From: an uncultured Chloroflexia bacterium
GTDB taxonomy: Bacteria > Chloroflexota > Dehalococcoidia > UBA2979
DNA length: 64,000 bases
Direction: 5' to 3'
NCBI GenBank assembly: GCA_963728205.1
Contig: CAVSIV010000002.1
Location: 256,001-320,000, forward strand
In this document: positions 43,316 through 53,981 of the stretch, piece after piece
Layout: each line of letters starts with the position of its first letter
Position numbering within the stretch: the first letter of the stretch is position 1
The notes under the pieces: generated by a model
What the model was told of the DNA's origin: nothing
The model's database searches: none
Seen by the model: only the letters and a program-made list of their open reading frames with translations
Translations under genes and position numbers: made by a program

Positions 43316-44929
43316 ATGACGGAGGGCGAATCGAGTGCGGACGAGGGGCCGCTGAGGCCGCGTGCCGGGTTCGATCCGCTGACGGGCCGGATGCAGGAGA
43401 TCCTGCTCCGGGTCACCCAGCTTGCACCGCTGGAGGACGTCGCCCACCGGCTCGCGGAGGCGGCCCGTGAGCTGACGCAGGCGGACTACGCCGCGCTCGG
43501 GCTGTACGACGCGACCGGCCACCTCGACCACTTCTTCACCGACGGCATGACGCCCGAGCAGCACGAGGAGATGCGACGCGGGCATCCGCCCGTCGGCCGC
43601 GGCCTGCTCGGCGAGTTCGGGCGCGGCCGGCCGCTGATCAACACGGCAAGCGCCGCGCACCACCCTGCCTTCAGCGGATTCCCCGGCGATCACCCCGCGA
43701 TGGGGCCGTTCCTCGGCGTGCCCGTCGTCTACGGGCACCGCGTGCTCGGCGCGTTCTACGTCACGAAGCAGCCCGGCCGCTCCCCGTTCACGACGACGGA
43801 TGAGGGCTTCCTGCAGGGACTCGCGCCGTACGCCGCAATGGCGATGTCGAACGCGCTCGTCCTCGAGGACGAGCGGCGTCGCGCCGACATCGCGGCCGCA
43901 CTCGCGGAGTGCTCCGAGACCTGCCACTCGACCGAGGACGTGAGGGAGATCGGCGCCGCCGTGGACGCCACGCTCGGCGAGGTGTTTCCGGACTGCGATC
44001 ACGCGGTCATCCAGGTCGACCGCGCCTACGAGCCCGCGGTGCGCGTCTCGCCGGCCGACTCGCCGCTCGGGATCGTGGTCCAGGAGCTCGCCATCGAGAC
44101 GCTCCCGGCCGGCGAGCACCGCTTCGCCGGCCTCCTGGGCGGCCGCGACGTCATCGTGAACACGAGCGCGCGCGACGCCTCGATCGAGGTGGCGATCGCC
44201 GTGCGCGCCGGTACCTCGCTCTCCGACGGCGAGCACGAGGCGCTCGCCCGCCTCAGCGAGATGGCGACCGCCGCCACCGCGGCGGTCCGCCGCCGCGAGG
44301 CGGAGACCATGCTCGAGCGGTACGCCATCCGCGACGCCGTCGCGCGCGACCTGCACGACGACCTCATCCAGTCGATCTACGCAATCGGCCTCGGGCTGCG
44401 CACGACCACCGACGACCCCGAGGTGCTGCGCGACCACATCCTGACCGCGACCCACGACCTGAACGAGGTCATCCGCGACCTCCGCGCGTATATCTCGCAG
44501 CTGAGCAAGGGCACGGAGGCGCTGACGTCGAGCGGCCTGCTGACGGCGCGCATCGAGGGGCTGCTGCGCGGCCAGGCGGTCCCCGCGTGGGAATACGACA
44601 TCGACTTCGACGACGTCTCGGTGGAGGCCACCACCGCGCGGCAGCTCTACCTGATCATCCGCGAGGCCGTGTCGAACGTGCACCGGCATGCCTCCGCGAC
44701 GAAGGCGTCCATGACGCTGAGCCGCGAAGGGGACGAATTGCGGATGGAAATCCGGGACGATGGCGTAGGCTTCGATCGGCAGGCCGTCCCGGAAGGGACG
44801 GTCGGGCTCAGGAGCCTCGAAGAGCGCGTGGCGGATCTCGGTGGTTCACTGATGATCGAGACCGCGCCCGGGGCGGGGACCCGGCTCGTGGCCACGTTCC
44901 CCGTGGAAGAAGGACAAGATGGTCGCTAA
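43316..44929 (+). CDS. GAF-domain sensor histidine kinase, DosS/DevS-like
   Basis: ADYAALG...GHPPVGRGLLG...SGFPGDHPAMGPFLGVPV resembles the heme-binding GAF-A of DosS/DosT. ARDLHD, EAVSNV and DDGVGF. Start uncertain (43289-43316). Confidence 0.9.
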   Translation: MTEGESSADEGPLRPRAGFDPLTGRMQEILLRVTQLAPLEDVAHRLAEAARELTQADYAALGLYDATGHLDHFFTDGMTPEQHEEMRRGHPPVGRGLLGEFGRGRPLINTASAAHHPAFSGFPGDHPAMGPFLGVPVVYGHRVLGAFYVTKQPGRSPFTTTDEGFLQGLAPYAAMAMSNALVLEDERRRADIAAALAECSETCHSTEDVREIGAAVDATLGEVFPDCDHAVIQVDRAYEPAVRVSPADSPLGIVVQELAIETLPAGEHRFAGLLGGRDVIVNTSARDASIEVAIAVRAGTSLSDGEHEALARLSEMATAATAAVRRREAETMLERYAIRDAVARDLHDDLIQSIYAIGLGLRTTTDDPEVLRDHILTATHDLNEVIRDLRAYISQLSKGTEALTSSGLLTARIEGLLRGQAVPAWEYDIDFDDVSVEATTARQLYLIIREAVSNVHRHASATKASMTLSREGDELRMEIRDDGVGFDRQAVPEGTVGLRSLEERVADLGGSLMIETAPGAGTRLVATFPVEEGQDGR

Positions 44930-45587
44930 CGAGAAGCGCGCGTTTCGGGTCCTGCTGGTGGACGATCACCAGATCGTCCGCCGCGGCCTGCGCACCGTGC
45001 TCGAGGAGCGCGGCCGGCTCTCCGTGATCGGCGAGGCCGGCACGGTGAAGGACGCGGTCCGCGAGGCCGCCCGCCTGCAGCCGGACGTGATCGTGATGGA
45101 CCTGCGCCTGCCCGACGGCACCGGCATCGAGGCCTGCCGCGAGATCCGCAGCACCGACCCCAACGCGAAGGTCGTGATCCTCACCTCGTTCGCCGACGAG
45201 GACGCGCTGTTCTCCGCGGTGATGGCCGGCGCGGCCGGCTACGTGCTCAAGGATCTCGACCCGTCAATGCTGCAGGACTCGCTCGTCACCGTCGCGCAGG
45301 GCGGCTCGCTGCTCGACCCGAAGATGACGACGCACGTGCTCGAGCGGCTCCGCCGCGGCCAGGGATCGCACCCGGCCGACGACCCGTTCTCGACGCTGAC
45401 GCCGCAGGAGGATCGCATCCTCACGATGATCGGCGACGGCCTCACCAACCGTGAGATCGCCGATCGGCTGTCGCTCACCGAGAAGACGGTGAAGAACTAC
45501 GTGTCGCAGATCTACTCGAAGCTGCACGTGGAGCGCCGACCGCAGGCGGCTCGCCTGGCGACCGAGCGGCGGATGCGCAAGCAGTAG
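44919..45587 (+). CDS. NarL/LuxR response regulator, DosR/DevR-like
   Basis: VDDHQIVRRG, MDLRLPDGTGIEACREI, ILTSFADEDAL...MAGAAGYVLK and LTNREIA...EKTVKNYVS; overlaps the kinase stop. Confidence 0.93.
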   Translation: MVANEKRAFRVLLVDDHQIVRRGLRTVLEERGRLSVIGEAGTVKDAVREAARLQPDVIVMDLRLPDGTGIEACREIRSTDPNAKVVILTSFADEDALFSAVMAGAAGYVLKDLDPSMLQDSLVTVAQGGSLLDPKMTTHVLERLRRGQGSHPADDPFSTLTPQEDRILTMIGDGLTNREIADRLSLTEKTVKNYVSQIYSKLHVERRPQAARLATERRMRKQ

Positions 45588-45814
45588 CCGCGAGGTCCCT
45601 CGGCAAGCGGCATGAGGTACGCCGCCGATGGTCCGCGGCCCGGCGGCTGCGCCGGTGTCGGCGACCCATCCGCAGCCGCTTGCCACGAGCGCGGATCCCG
45701 CTGCACATATGGCGCATCGGCCCTAGCCTATAGTGACGCGGTGGCGTTCCCTGAACGGCATCGCTCACAGCGCACTGTCCTTGACGGCGGGGGATGCCGA
45801 AGGACTGCGGACCC

Positions 45815-46561
45815 ATGGGATCCGACCGTCGCAGCGGGGCCGCGACCCCGCACCGGTGGCGACTCGCACTGGTCGTCGCCAGTTCCGTTCTCGTGCTCGT
45901 CGTCGTCGCGTTCCTGGCCATCGGGCCGGGGACGGTGGGCGGCGTCACCATCTCCCGCAGCCCGGGAACCGACGCGACCACGTCGGCGTCCGGCGCGGAG
46001 GCCGACGCCACACGCCCGTCCCAGGCCGACAGCATCAAGGATCTCGTCGCGCAGTACGGCGAGCCGCCCGACGCCACCTTCGCTCGCCTCAAGATCCCGA
46101 AGCTCGGCATCGACGCCGGCGTCTCCCCGCGTGTCGTCTCCGGGGCGGTGATGCCGACCCCGGACGGCCCGGAGAACATCGCGTGGTACGACATGTCGGC
46201 GTTCCCGGGCCTGGGCGGCGCCCCGGGTGCAGGACATAACGCCATCTTTGGGGCGCACGTCGACTTCAACAACCACGTCGACTACGCGGACCGGCACTTC
46301 ATCGGGCCCGCGATCTTCTTCCACCTCAACGTGCTCGTCCCGGGCGACATCATCGAGGTCGACTACCAGGGGCAGGTCCTCAAGTACCAGGTCACGTGGG
46401 CGAAGAAGTATCCCAGCGACTGGTCCGACTGGGCTTCCATCTGGAGCGGCGATGTGAAGGTCGACTCGATCACGCTGTTCACGTGCGGCGGGACGTTCGA
46501 CTACGACTCGCATTCGTACTCGGACCGGTTCGTCGTCCGCGCGGAGCGCGTCTCCTCGTAG
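45815..46561 (+). CDS. Class F sortase
   Basis: N-terminal TM; RLKIPKLGID, AWYD, GAHVD (His), TLFTCGG (Cys) and DRFVV (Arg). Alternative start 45794. Confidence 0.88.
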   Translation: MGSDRRSGAATPHRWRLALVVASSVLVLVVVAFLAIGPGTVGGVTISRSPGTDATTSASGAEADATRPSQADSIKDLVAQYGEPPDATFARLKIPKLGIDAGVSPRVVSGAVMPTPDGPENIAWYDMSAFPGLGGAPGAGHNAIFGAHVDFNNHVDYADRHFIGPAIFFHLNVLVPGDIIEVDYQGQVLKYQVTWAKKYPSDWSDWASIWSGDVKVDSITLFTCGGTFDYDSHSYSDRFVVRAERVSS

Positions 46562-46576
46562 GGGGCGCGGTGCGTG

Positions 46577-48493
46577 TCAGTTGCCCGCGCCGGCGGTGGG
46601 CGACGGCGTCGGCGCGGGGGTCTCGCCGCCGTTGACCTCGGTGACCTGGATCAGCCGGAGCGTGACGTCCAGCGGCTGGCCCATGCTGTCCTCCATGCCG
46701 CGCTCCACCGCGCGCGCCTGGTCGGGCGACAGCGGCGCCGGCGTCTCGAGCTCGACGGTGACGTGCAGCGTGCCGTCCGCGGTGTGGTCGAGCACGAAGC
46801 CGGTCGAGCGGAGCCCCGGCACGGCCGCCACGCCGGCCTTCACCGCCGCCTTCGCGGCCGCCTCGGTCCGCGCGCTCTGCAGCGAGCTCGCGGTGAGCCA
46901 GGTCAGCGGGACTGACACGGCGATCACGAGCAGCGCGATGGCGGTGAATCCGCGACTGAAGACGCGCAGGCGCAGCGCATGCTGCGGCTCCGGCCGGTAG
47001 CCGACCAGCAGGAACACGAGGCCGGCCGCCGCGGCGATTGAGACGAGGTTCGCCATGAAGAGGAGCCCCGCGCCGCCGCCGACCGAGGGGTCGCGCAGAG
47101 CGACGCCGAGGCCGATCGCCGCCAGCGGCGGCACGAGCGCGGCCGCGATCGCCACGCCCGGGAGCGACGCCGAGAGGTGCTCGCGGCTGAGCGCGAACGC
47201 GCCGGCCGCGCCGGCCGCGAAGGCGACGCCGAGGTCGAGCAGCGACGGGCTCGTCCGCGACGCGATCTCGGCGGTGACGTCGGCGCCGGGGATCACCAGC
47301 CCGATCAGCGCACCCACCGCCACCGCGATCAGCGAGCCGCGCAGGACGCTGACCGCGCTCAGCCGCAGCAGTCGCACGTCGCCGTGCACGATGCCGAGCC
47401 CGAGCGCGATCACCGGCGACATCAGGGGCGCGACGAGCATGCCGCCGATCACGACCGCCGGGCTGTTCAGCAGCTCCCCCAGCGCGGCGATCGCCGCCGC
47501 CAGCGCGATCATCACGTTGAAGTCGACGTTTCCGCGCGACGCCGTGCGTACCGTGCGGTACGTCTCGACCTTCGACTCCTCGCTGGCCGCGGGGAACAGC
47601 GACAGCACGGCATCGGCGACGCGCCGCACGGCCGAGCGCGCGGGAGAGAGCCGTGGCTTCACGACGAGCACCGGCACTGTCGCCCGCCGTGCCACGCGCT
47701 CGGCGAAGCTGCCGAGCGCGAGCCGGTGGATGACACCCGACTCCGGGGTGCCGACGACGAGCAGGTCGACGTCGCCCGGCGACGCCGCCTGGAGGATGGC
47801 CGCGGCGTCGGTGCGCCCCTGCGCGAGGCGCGCGCTGCCACGAGCCGGGTCGGGGAGTGCCGCGACCGCCTCGTCGAGCCGCTCGAGGACGCCGTCGCGA
47901 TCGCCGTCCGACGGGGCGACGAACGCAATCGTGCCGTCGGCCGCCTCCGCGATCTCGGTTGCCACCTCGCGGGCGAGGGTGGCGCCGGTCTCGTCGGTGA
48001 CGGCGAGCATCACACGCCGGGGCACCGGCGCGGCGTCGCCGCGCGTGGCGAGCACGGCGATGTCGCATGGCAGGTCGAGCAGCAGGTCGCGCAGCGCGAG
48101 CTCGTCGCGCAGCAGCGAGCGCTCACGGCGCGGCGCCCAGGCGAACACGACGAGGGCCGGGTTCAGCTCGGCGACCGCCTCGCGCACCGTGCCCTGCAGG
48201 TTGTGACCGAGTCGCCGCTCGACGCGCACCGCGACGCCGGGGCCGGCGAGCACCTTCGTCAGCTCGGCGAGGCGTGCGTCGCGCCCCGCGTCGTCGGCCT
48301 CCTCGACGCCGGGGACCGTGTAGGCGGGCTGATCGAGGTCGAGGACGACGACGTCGGCCTCGCGGGCCCGCGCCAGGCTGCGCAGCACGGCGGCGCCGTC
48401 GCTCACGCGTGATCCGGCGAAGACGGGGACGAGGATCGTGACGCGCGAAGCGGCGGGCCCGCGGGCTGCGTCCTCGACGGCCGGCTCGGTCAT
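46577..48493 (-). CDS. USP-like domains fused to a DUF389/TIGR00341 membrane domain
   Basis: N-terminal USP-like repeats (LGSFAERVARRATVPVLVVKP), then NSPAVVIGGMLVAPLM and LPGVAIAAALVPPL. GAGGTG RBS. Confidence 0.88.
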   Translation of the reverse strand: MTEPAVEDAARGPAASRVTILVPVFAGSRVSDGAAVLRSLARAREADVVVLDLDQPAYTVPGVEEADDAGRDARLAELTKVLAGPGVAVRVERRLGHNLQGTVREAVAELNPALVVFAWAPRRERSLLRDELALRDLLLDLPCDIAVLATRGDAAPVPRRVMLAVTDETGATLAREVATEIAEAADGTIAFVAPSDGDRDGVLERLDEAVAALPDPARGSARLAQGRTDAAAILQAASPGDVDLLVVGTPESGVIHRLALGSFAERVARRATVPVLVVKPRLSPARSAVRRVADAVLSLFPAASEESKVETYRTVRTASRGNVDFNVMIALAAAIAALGELLNSPAVVIGGMLVAPLMSPVIALGLGIVHGDVRLLRLSAVSVLRGSLIAVAVGALIGLVIPGADVTAEIASRTSPSLLDLGVAFAAGAAGAFALSREHLSASLPGVAIAAALVPPLAAIGLGVALRDPSVGGGAGLLFMANLVSIAAAAGLVFLLVGYRPEPQHALRLRVFSRGFTAIALLVIAVSVPLTWLTASSLQSARTEAAAKAAVKAGVAAVPGLRSTGFVLDHTADGTLHVTVELETPAPLSPDQARAVERGMEDSMGQPLDVTLRLIQVTEVNGGETPAPTPSPTAGAGN

Positions 48494-48643
48494 CGCACCT
48501 CGTACTATCACGCGGGCCCCGGTCGGCCGCTGGTCCAGCGTACGCACTTCGCGGCGCGCGTGGGACCGTCGGCGGGACCCCTGCCCCGGGCCGGTGCGAT
48601 CGGTCCGCGCCGGCGAGACCGGGTGTTCCGCGGACGCCACGGC

Positions 48644-51600
48644 TCAGCCCTCCAGGCACTCCGCGAGCAACTCCGCGACGTGGCGCGGTCGGCGGGTGGT
48701 GAAGTGGCCGATCTGCTGGCGGCATGACACGCCGGTGATCAGGACGTCCGCGTCCGCCGGCGCAGCCTCCACGGCAGGGAAGAGCCTGAGCGCGCCCATC
48801 TGGCGCGAGACGTCGTAGTGCTCGACCTCGAACCCGAACGAGCCGGCCATGCCGCAGCAGGCGGCGTCGATCAGCTCGACCTGCAGATCTGGAACCAGCC
48901 GCAGCGCCTCGAGCGTGGGCTCCATGCCGGCGAGCGCCTTCTGGTGGCAGTGGCCGTGCAGCACCGCCCGCCGCGCGCCCCGCGAGCGGAAGACGCGCGC
49001 GGCCGCGGGCTCCTCGTGTGCCACGCGCGCCAGCAGCTCGTCGAGCAGCAGCGCCTGACGCGCCACCGCGCGCGCGGGCGCGCCGGGCAGCAGTTCCGGG
49101 TACTCGTCGCGCAGCGTCAGCAGGCACGACGGCTCCGTGCCGACGATGGGGACCCCGCGCTCGGCGTAGGGCCGCAGCCGCTCGACGTTCCGGCGCGCCC
49201 ACTCGCGCGCCGTCCGCAGCTGCCCCTTCGAGATCAGCGGCCGCCCGCAGCATCCGAGCCGCGGCACGAGCACGACGCGGTAGCCCAGCGCCTCGAGCAC
49301 GCGCGTCGCGGCACGGCCGACGTCCGGGTGGTACGCGTCGGTGAAGGTGTCGGCGAACAGCACAGCCTCGCCGCGCGGGGCGGGCGGCGCGGCGGCACCC
49401 TGCGCCCGCGCGTGGCGGCGGAACCATCGCCGGAACGGCCGGCGCGCGAACCGTGGCAGCGGGCGCGCCTCGTGGATGCCCAGCCGGCGATGCAGCGCGC
49501 GGCGCACCGGCGCCACGCGCGCGCCCGCGTTCAGCAGCACGACGAGCGGTCCGAGCGACGAGCCCAGCCGGCTCCACGTCCCGATGTGCCCGAAGAGGCG
49601 GTCGCGCAGCGGCAGGCCGTGTGCCTCGTGCACCTTCGTCATCACCTCGTACTTGAGCTTCGCCATGTCCACGCCCGACGGGCACTCCGCCTTGCAAGCC
49701 TTGCACTCCACGCACAGGTCGAGCGCGTCGACGACCTCGGGGCCCGTGAGCGCCTCGGCGGGGAGCACGCCGTTCAGCGCCTGGCGCAGCAGGTTCGCGC
49801 GGCCGCGCGTCGAGTGCTCCTCGTCGCGCGTCGCCATGTACGACGGGCACATCCCGCCGTCGTCCTTGCGGCACGCGCCCTGCCCGTTGCACTGCTCGGC
49901 CGCCCGCGCCAGCCCGCCGTCGGCGGTGAAGTCGAGGTACGTGCGCGGGTCGAGGTTGCGCGTCGCCGGGCCGAGCCGCAGGTTGTCGTCGAAGCGCGGT
50001 GTGTCGACGATCTTGCCCGGGTTGAGCAGCCCGTCCGGGTCGAAGAGGCGCTTGACGTCCCGGAACGCCTCGGTCAGCGCCGGGCCGAACATGCGCTCGG
50101 TGAACACGCCGCGCAGGATGCCGTCGCCGTGCTCGCCCGACAGCGACCCGCCGAACTCGAGCACGAGGTCCGCGATCTCGCCGGCGATGGCCTCGATGGT
50201 GCGCAGGCCGTCTTCGCGCTTGATGTTGACGAGCGGCCGGATGTGCAGGCAGCCCACCGACGCGTGGCCGTAGTAGGCGGCCGTCGTGCCGTGCGCGCGC
50301 ACGATCGCGTCGAAACGGTCGACGAAGTCCGCGAGCCGCGCGGGCTCGACGGCGGTGTCCTCGACGAACGCGATCGGCTTCGCGTCGCCGCGCACGCTCA
50401 TCAGCAGGCCGAGCCCCGCCTGGCGCATGCGCCAGATGCGCAGCTGCTCGCCGGCGTCGGTGGTCGGGTGCGCGTGGTAGCCGATGCCGCGGGCGCCCAT
50501 GTCCGCGACGAAGCGGTCGATGCGCGCCTGCACCTCGGCGCCGGTGTCGCCGGTGAACTCCACGATCAGCACCGCGCCGGGCCGGCCGCGCACGAACGCG
50601 ACGAGCGGCGCGAAGGCCGCGCTTGCCTGGCAGTGCTCGATGATGTCGCTGCCCACGAGCTCGATGGTGCCGGGCGCGTGCTCGAGGATCGGCAGCGTGG
50701 CCTCCGCCGCCGCGCGCACCGACTCGAAGTGCAGCACCGCGAGGCCCTTCGCCGCCGGCAGCGGTACGAGGCGCACGCGGGCCTCGGTCACGACGGCGAG
50801 CGTGCCCTCGGAGCCGACGATCATGCGCGAGAGATCCGTGACGCCCTCCGAGAGGAACTCGTCGAGGTTGTAGCCGGAGACGCGGCGCTGGATGCGCGGG
50901 AAGCGGGCGGCGATGTCGTCGCGGTGGGCGGCGGCGATGCGACGGACGCCGCGATAGAGGTCGCCCTCGAAGCCCGCCAGGTCGAGCTTCGCCTGCAGCG
51001 CCGGCCCGCTCAGCGCCGTGAAGGTCGCGCGCTCGCCGTCGGCGAGGACGACGTCGACGCTCAGCACCTGGTCGAGCGTCTTGCCGTAGAGCACGGAGTG
51101 CGAGCCGCACGAGTTGTTGCCGATGCCGCCGCCGATGGTCGCCCGGTTCGCGGTGGATGGGTCGACGGCGTACTGCAGCCCGTGTGGCCGCAGGGCGCGG
51201 TTCAGCGCGGCGAGCACGAGGCCTGGCTGCACGCGCGCCCAGCGCTCCTCGACGTTCACCTCCAGCACGCGGTCCATGTGGCGCGAGCAGTCGACGACGA
51301 TGGCGTGGTTCACGCCCTGCCCGGCGAGCGACGTCCCCGCGCCGCGCGGCAGGACCGGCACGCCGCGCCGTCCGGCCACGCGCACGACGTGCTGGATGTC
51401 CTCGACGGTGCGCGGGTAGACGACGGCGACCGGCTCCATCTCGTAGATGGACGCGTCGGTGGCGAACAGCAGGCGCGACGGGCGGTCGACGAGGACGTCG
51501 TCGCGCTCGCCGGCGAGCCCCGTGGCGAGCTCGTCCGCCAGCGCCTCGAGCGCGCTGTGCGGCCCGTGCAGGAGCCCGAGGGCTGCCTGCGTGCTGGACG

Positions 51601-51652
51601 CGGCCGGCGGCTCGTGGCCTTCGATGACGGTGCGGAGCGGGGGGCGTGTCAC
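48644..51652 (-). CDS. FAD-binding / Fe-S oxidoreductase (GlcD-GlcF-like fusion, YdiJ/D-lactate dehydrogenase family)
   Basis: PRGAGTSLAGQ, GSEGTL, SGEHGDG, CVECKACKAECP and CCG domains. Confidence 0.92.
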   Translation of the reverse strand: MTRPPLRTVIEGHEPPAASSTQAALGLLHGPHSALEALADELATGLAGERDDVLVDRPSRLLFATDASIYEMEPVAVVYPRTVEDIQHVVRVAGRRGVPVLPRGAGTSLAGQGVNHAIVVDCSRHMDRVLEVNVEERWARVQPGLVLAALNRALRPHGLQYAVDPSTANRATIGGGIGNNSCGSHSVLYGKTLDQVLSVDVVLADGERATFTALSGPALQAKLDLAGFEGDLYRGVRRIAAAHRDDIAARFPRIQRRVSGYNLDEFLSEGVTDLSRMIVGSEGTLAVVTEARVRLVPLPAAKGLAVLHFESVRAAAEATLPILEHAPGTIELVGSDIIEHCQASAAFAPLVAFVRGRPGAVLIVEFTGDTGAEVQARIDRFVADMGARGIGYHAHPTTDAGEQLRIWRMRQAGLGLLMSVRGDAKPIAFVEDTAVEPARLADFVDRFDAIVRAHGTTAAYYGHASVGCLHIRPLVNIKREDGLRTIEAIAGEIADLVLEFGGSLSGEHGDGILRGVFTERMFGPALTEAFRDVKRLFDPDGLLNPGKIVDTPRFDDNLRLGPATRNLDPRTYLDFTADGGLARAAEQCNGQGACRKDDGGMCPSYMATRDEEHSTRGRANLLRQALNGVLPAEALTGPEVVDALDLCVECKACKAECPSGVDMAKLKYEVMTKVHEAHGLPLRDRLFGHIGTWSRLGSSLGPLVVLLNAGARVAPVRRALHRRLGIHEARPLPRFARRPFRRWFRRHARAQGAAAPPAPRGEAVLFADTFTDAYHPDVGRAATRVLEALGYRVVLVPRLGCCGRPLISKGQLRTAREWARRNVERLRPYAERGVPIVGTEPSCLLTLRDEYPELLPGAPARAVARQALLLDELLARVAHEEPAAARVFRSRGARRAVLHGHCHQKALAGMEPTLEALRLVPDLQVELIDAACCGMAGSFGFEVEHYDVSRQMGALRLFPAVEAAPADADVLITGVSCRQQIGHFTTRRPRHVAELLAECLEG

Positions 51653-51747
51653 GCGCGGGAGCGTAGCACCGTGGTTCGACTTCGCTCACCACGAACGGTT
51701 CGGGAGTGGCGGCCCGGGCGCGCGCGGGCCCTGCTCACCCGGGACGC

Positions 51748-52566
51748 CTACCGGCTGTTCGCGAGCTGCGCCTGCGCGGAGTGGCCCCACACGCCTTCGC
51801 GGTCCGCGTGCACGACGTCCGCCGTGCCCACGCCGCTGACCGCGCCGCCGTCCGTCGCGCTCAGCGCGATCCATTCGCCGACCGGCTCGCGCACGAGATA
51901 CAGCGTGATGTCGGTGTTGATGTAGCCGCTGCCGCCGCCGGGGCGGTCGCCGAGCGACACCCGATGCGATCGCGCCACCTGCGACAGCCGGTTGCCGAAG
52001 TCGGCGAGCGCGGCGGCGCGCATCAGCGGCGTGGTCGCCTCGCCGGCGACGAGCGGCATCGGCAGGCGCAGCCACGCCGTCGCCGCCCCGTCCTCGCCGC
52101 GCGACACCCAGCGCACGTCGATCTGACCCGAGAAGCCGTGGGCGAGCGTCGGTTCGGTCCCGGGGAAGTGCGACGGCTCGAGCGACTCCGGGTCGGGCAG
52201 CGGACCGAGCAGGCGCGCGCTCTCCGGCCCCTCCGCGCGCCGGAGCAGCAGCGCCGATGCGCGCGTGACCTCGACGCCGTCCGCGATCACCGACGCCTCG
52301 TACACCGCGATGCGCCGCCCGGCGCGCACCGGCCGCGCGACGATCTCGAGCGGCTGCCGCGGCACCGGCCGGAACAGGTCGACGGTCAGCCGCGCGAGCT
52401 GCAGGTCGGCGTCGTCGCTGGCCCGCGCGACCGCGCGGACGAGCAATGCCGCCGGCAGCCCGCCGTTGAGCACGTCGGCGCCCCAGCCGCTGCGCCCCCA
52501 CTCGGACGGCATGAAGCGCCCGTCGGGAAGCGGCTCGAACATCGGACCGGCGACGTCGGTCATCAC
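51748..52566 (-). CDS. Thioesterase family protein (TesB-like double hotdog)
   Basis: SGWG...NGGLPAALL, RLTVDLFRPVP, AALADFGN and INTDITL. Confidence 0.85.
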   Translation of the reverse strand: MMTDVAGPMFEPLPDGRFMPSEWGRSGWGADVLNGGLPAALLVRAVARASDDADLQLARLTVDLFRPVPRQPLEIVARPVRAGRRIAVYEASVIADGVEVTRASALLLRRAEGPESARLLGPLPDPESLEPSHFPGTEPTLAHGFSGQIDVRWVSRGEDGAATAWLRLPMPLVAGEATTPLMRAAALADFGNRLSQVARSHRVSLGDRPGGGSGYINTDITLYLVREPVGEWIALSATDGGAVSGVGTADVVHADREGVWGHSAQAQLANSR

Positions 52567-52703
52567 ATCCCCCGGCGCGCGGCAGGCTTCGGGCCTGCCG
52601 TGTGCAGTGGCCGCCTCGGCAGCCCCCGGCCCTCAGCGGCGGCGGACGCCGCCGACCGCATCGGCGGCGTGTCTGCCGCCGCTTGCCGCGCGCCCGGCCG
52701 CGC

Positions 52704-53801
52704 CTATCCCGCCGGGTTCATCACCGACCGCGCGACCGTCCCGGCCTCCATGTCGGCGAACGCCTCGTTGATCTCCGACAGCGGCCGTCGCTTCGAGACC
52801 AGGTCGTCGATGTTGATCCGGCCGTCCATGTACAGGTCGATGAGCCGCGGGATGTCGTACTGCACGCGCGCCGATCCGTAGAACGAGCCGACGAGCTTCT
52901 TCTCGCCGAGGAACGCGATGCCCGGGATCGTGACCTCCTGGCCGACGACGCCGACGACGACGGCCATCCCGCCGCGGCGCACCATGTTGAAGGCCTGCGT
53001 CACCGTCGCGCCCAGGCCGATCGCCTCGAACGCGTAGTCGAGGTAGCCGCCCGCGATCTGCTGTGCACGCGCGACCGCATCCTCCTGGCTCGCGTTTACG
53101 AAGTCGGTCGCGCCGAACTTCGCCGCCATCTCCAGCTTCGAGTCGAGCATGTCGACGGCGATGATCTTGCGTGCGCCCGCGAGCCGAGCCCCCTGCACGA
53201 CGTTGAGCCCCACGCCGCCGAGCCCGATCACCGCGACGTCGGACCCCGCCTGCACCTTCGCGGTGTTGATCACCGCGCCGACGCCCGTGGTGACGCCGCA
53301 GCCGACGAGGCACACGACGTCGAGGGGCGCGTCGTCGCGCACCTTGATGACGCCCCGCTCCGGCATCACCGTGTACTCGGAGTAGCCGGCGACGCCGATG
53401 CCCTGCTGCACGGGCTGGTCGCCCAGCTTCAGGCGCGGGCGCGATCCGTTGGCGGCGCGCTCCGGGTAGTCCGGCCGCTCGCACAGGTGCAGGTCGCCGC
53501 GCAGGCAGTAGTAGCACTGGCCGCAGTTCGGGCGGAACGCGACGACGACGTGGTCGCCGGCCTTCACGCTCGTGACGCCCGGGCCGACGGCCTCGACGAT
53601 GCCGCCGACCTCGTGGCCGAGGATGACCGGGACGGGCAGCGGGCCGCCCTTCGCGCGGTTGATCGTGTGCAGGTCGGAGTGGCAGACGCCGCAGGCGACA
53701 ATCTTCACGAGCACCTCGCCGGCCTCTGGCTCGGAGAGGGTGATCGGCTCGATCGTCATCGGCTCCGGCCCGCGCAGCACGGCCGCCTTCATCTGGGGCA
53801 T
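52704..53801 (-). CDS. Zn-dependent alcohol dehydrogenase (class III-like)
   Basis: GVCHSD, GHEVGG, CGQCYYC...C, GCGVTTG and GLGGVG; GGAGG RBS. Confidence 0.93.
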   Translation of the reverse strand: MPQMKAAVLRGPEPMTIEPITLSEPEAGEVLVKIVACGVCHSDLHTINRAKGGPLPVPVILGHEVGGIVEAVGPGVTSVKAGDHVVVAFRPNCGQCYYCLRGDLHLCERPDYPERAANGSRPRLKLGDQPVQQGIGVAGYSEYTVMPERGVIKVRDDAPLDVVCLVGCGVTTGVGAVINTAKVQAGSDVAVIGLGGVGLNVVQGARLAGARKIIAVDMLDSKLEMAAKFGATDFVNASQEDAVARAQQIAGGYLDYAFEAIGLGATVTQAFNMVRRGGMAVVVGVVGQEVTIPGIAFLGEKKLVGSFYGSARVQYDIPRLIDLYMDGRINIDDLVSKRRPLSEINEAFADMEAGTVARSVMNPAG

Positions 53802-53981
53802 CGCGAATCCTCCGTGTTCGTCGCTCGCACGCGGCATGCGCGTTTGTGGTCGGGGGTGGCGCGCGCAGCATATCGTCCGCGTCGCGGACGTGCCCGTCGC
53901 GGCGCTGTTGCCGCGCGAGCCGCGCACGGGCCGCCGCTCTGGCGGCGGCGGCGTCCGCTGCGAACGGGAGGAGCGCACCGC

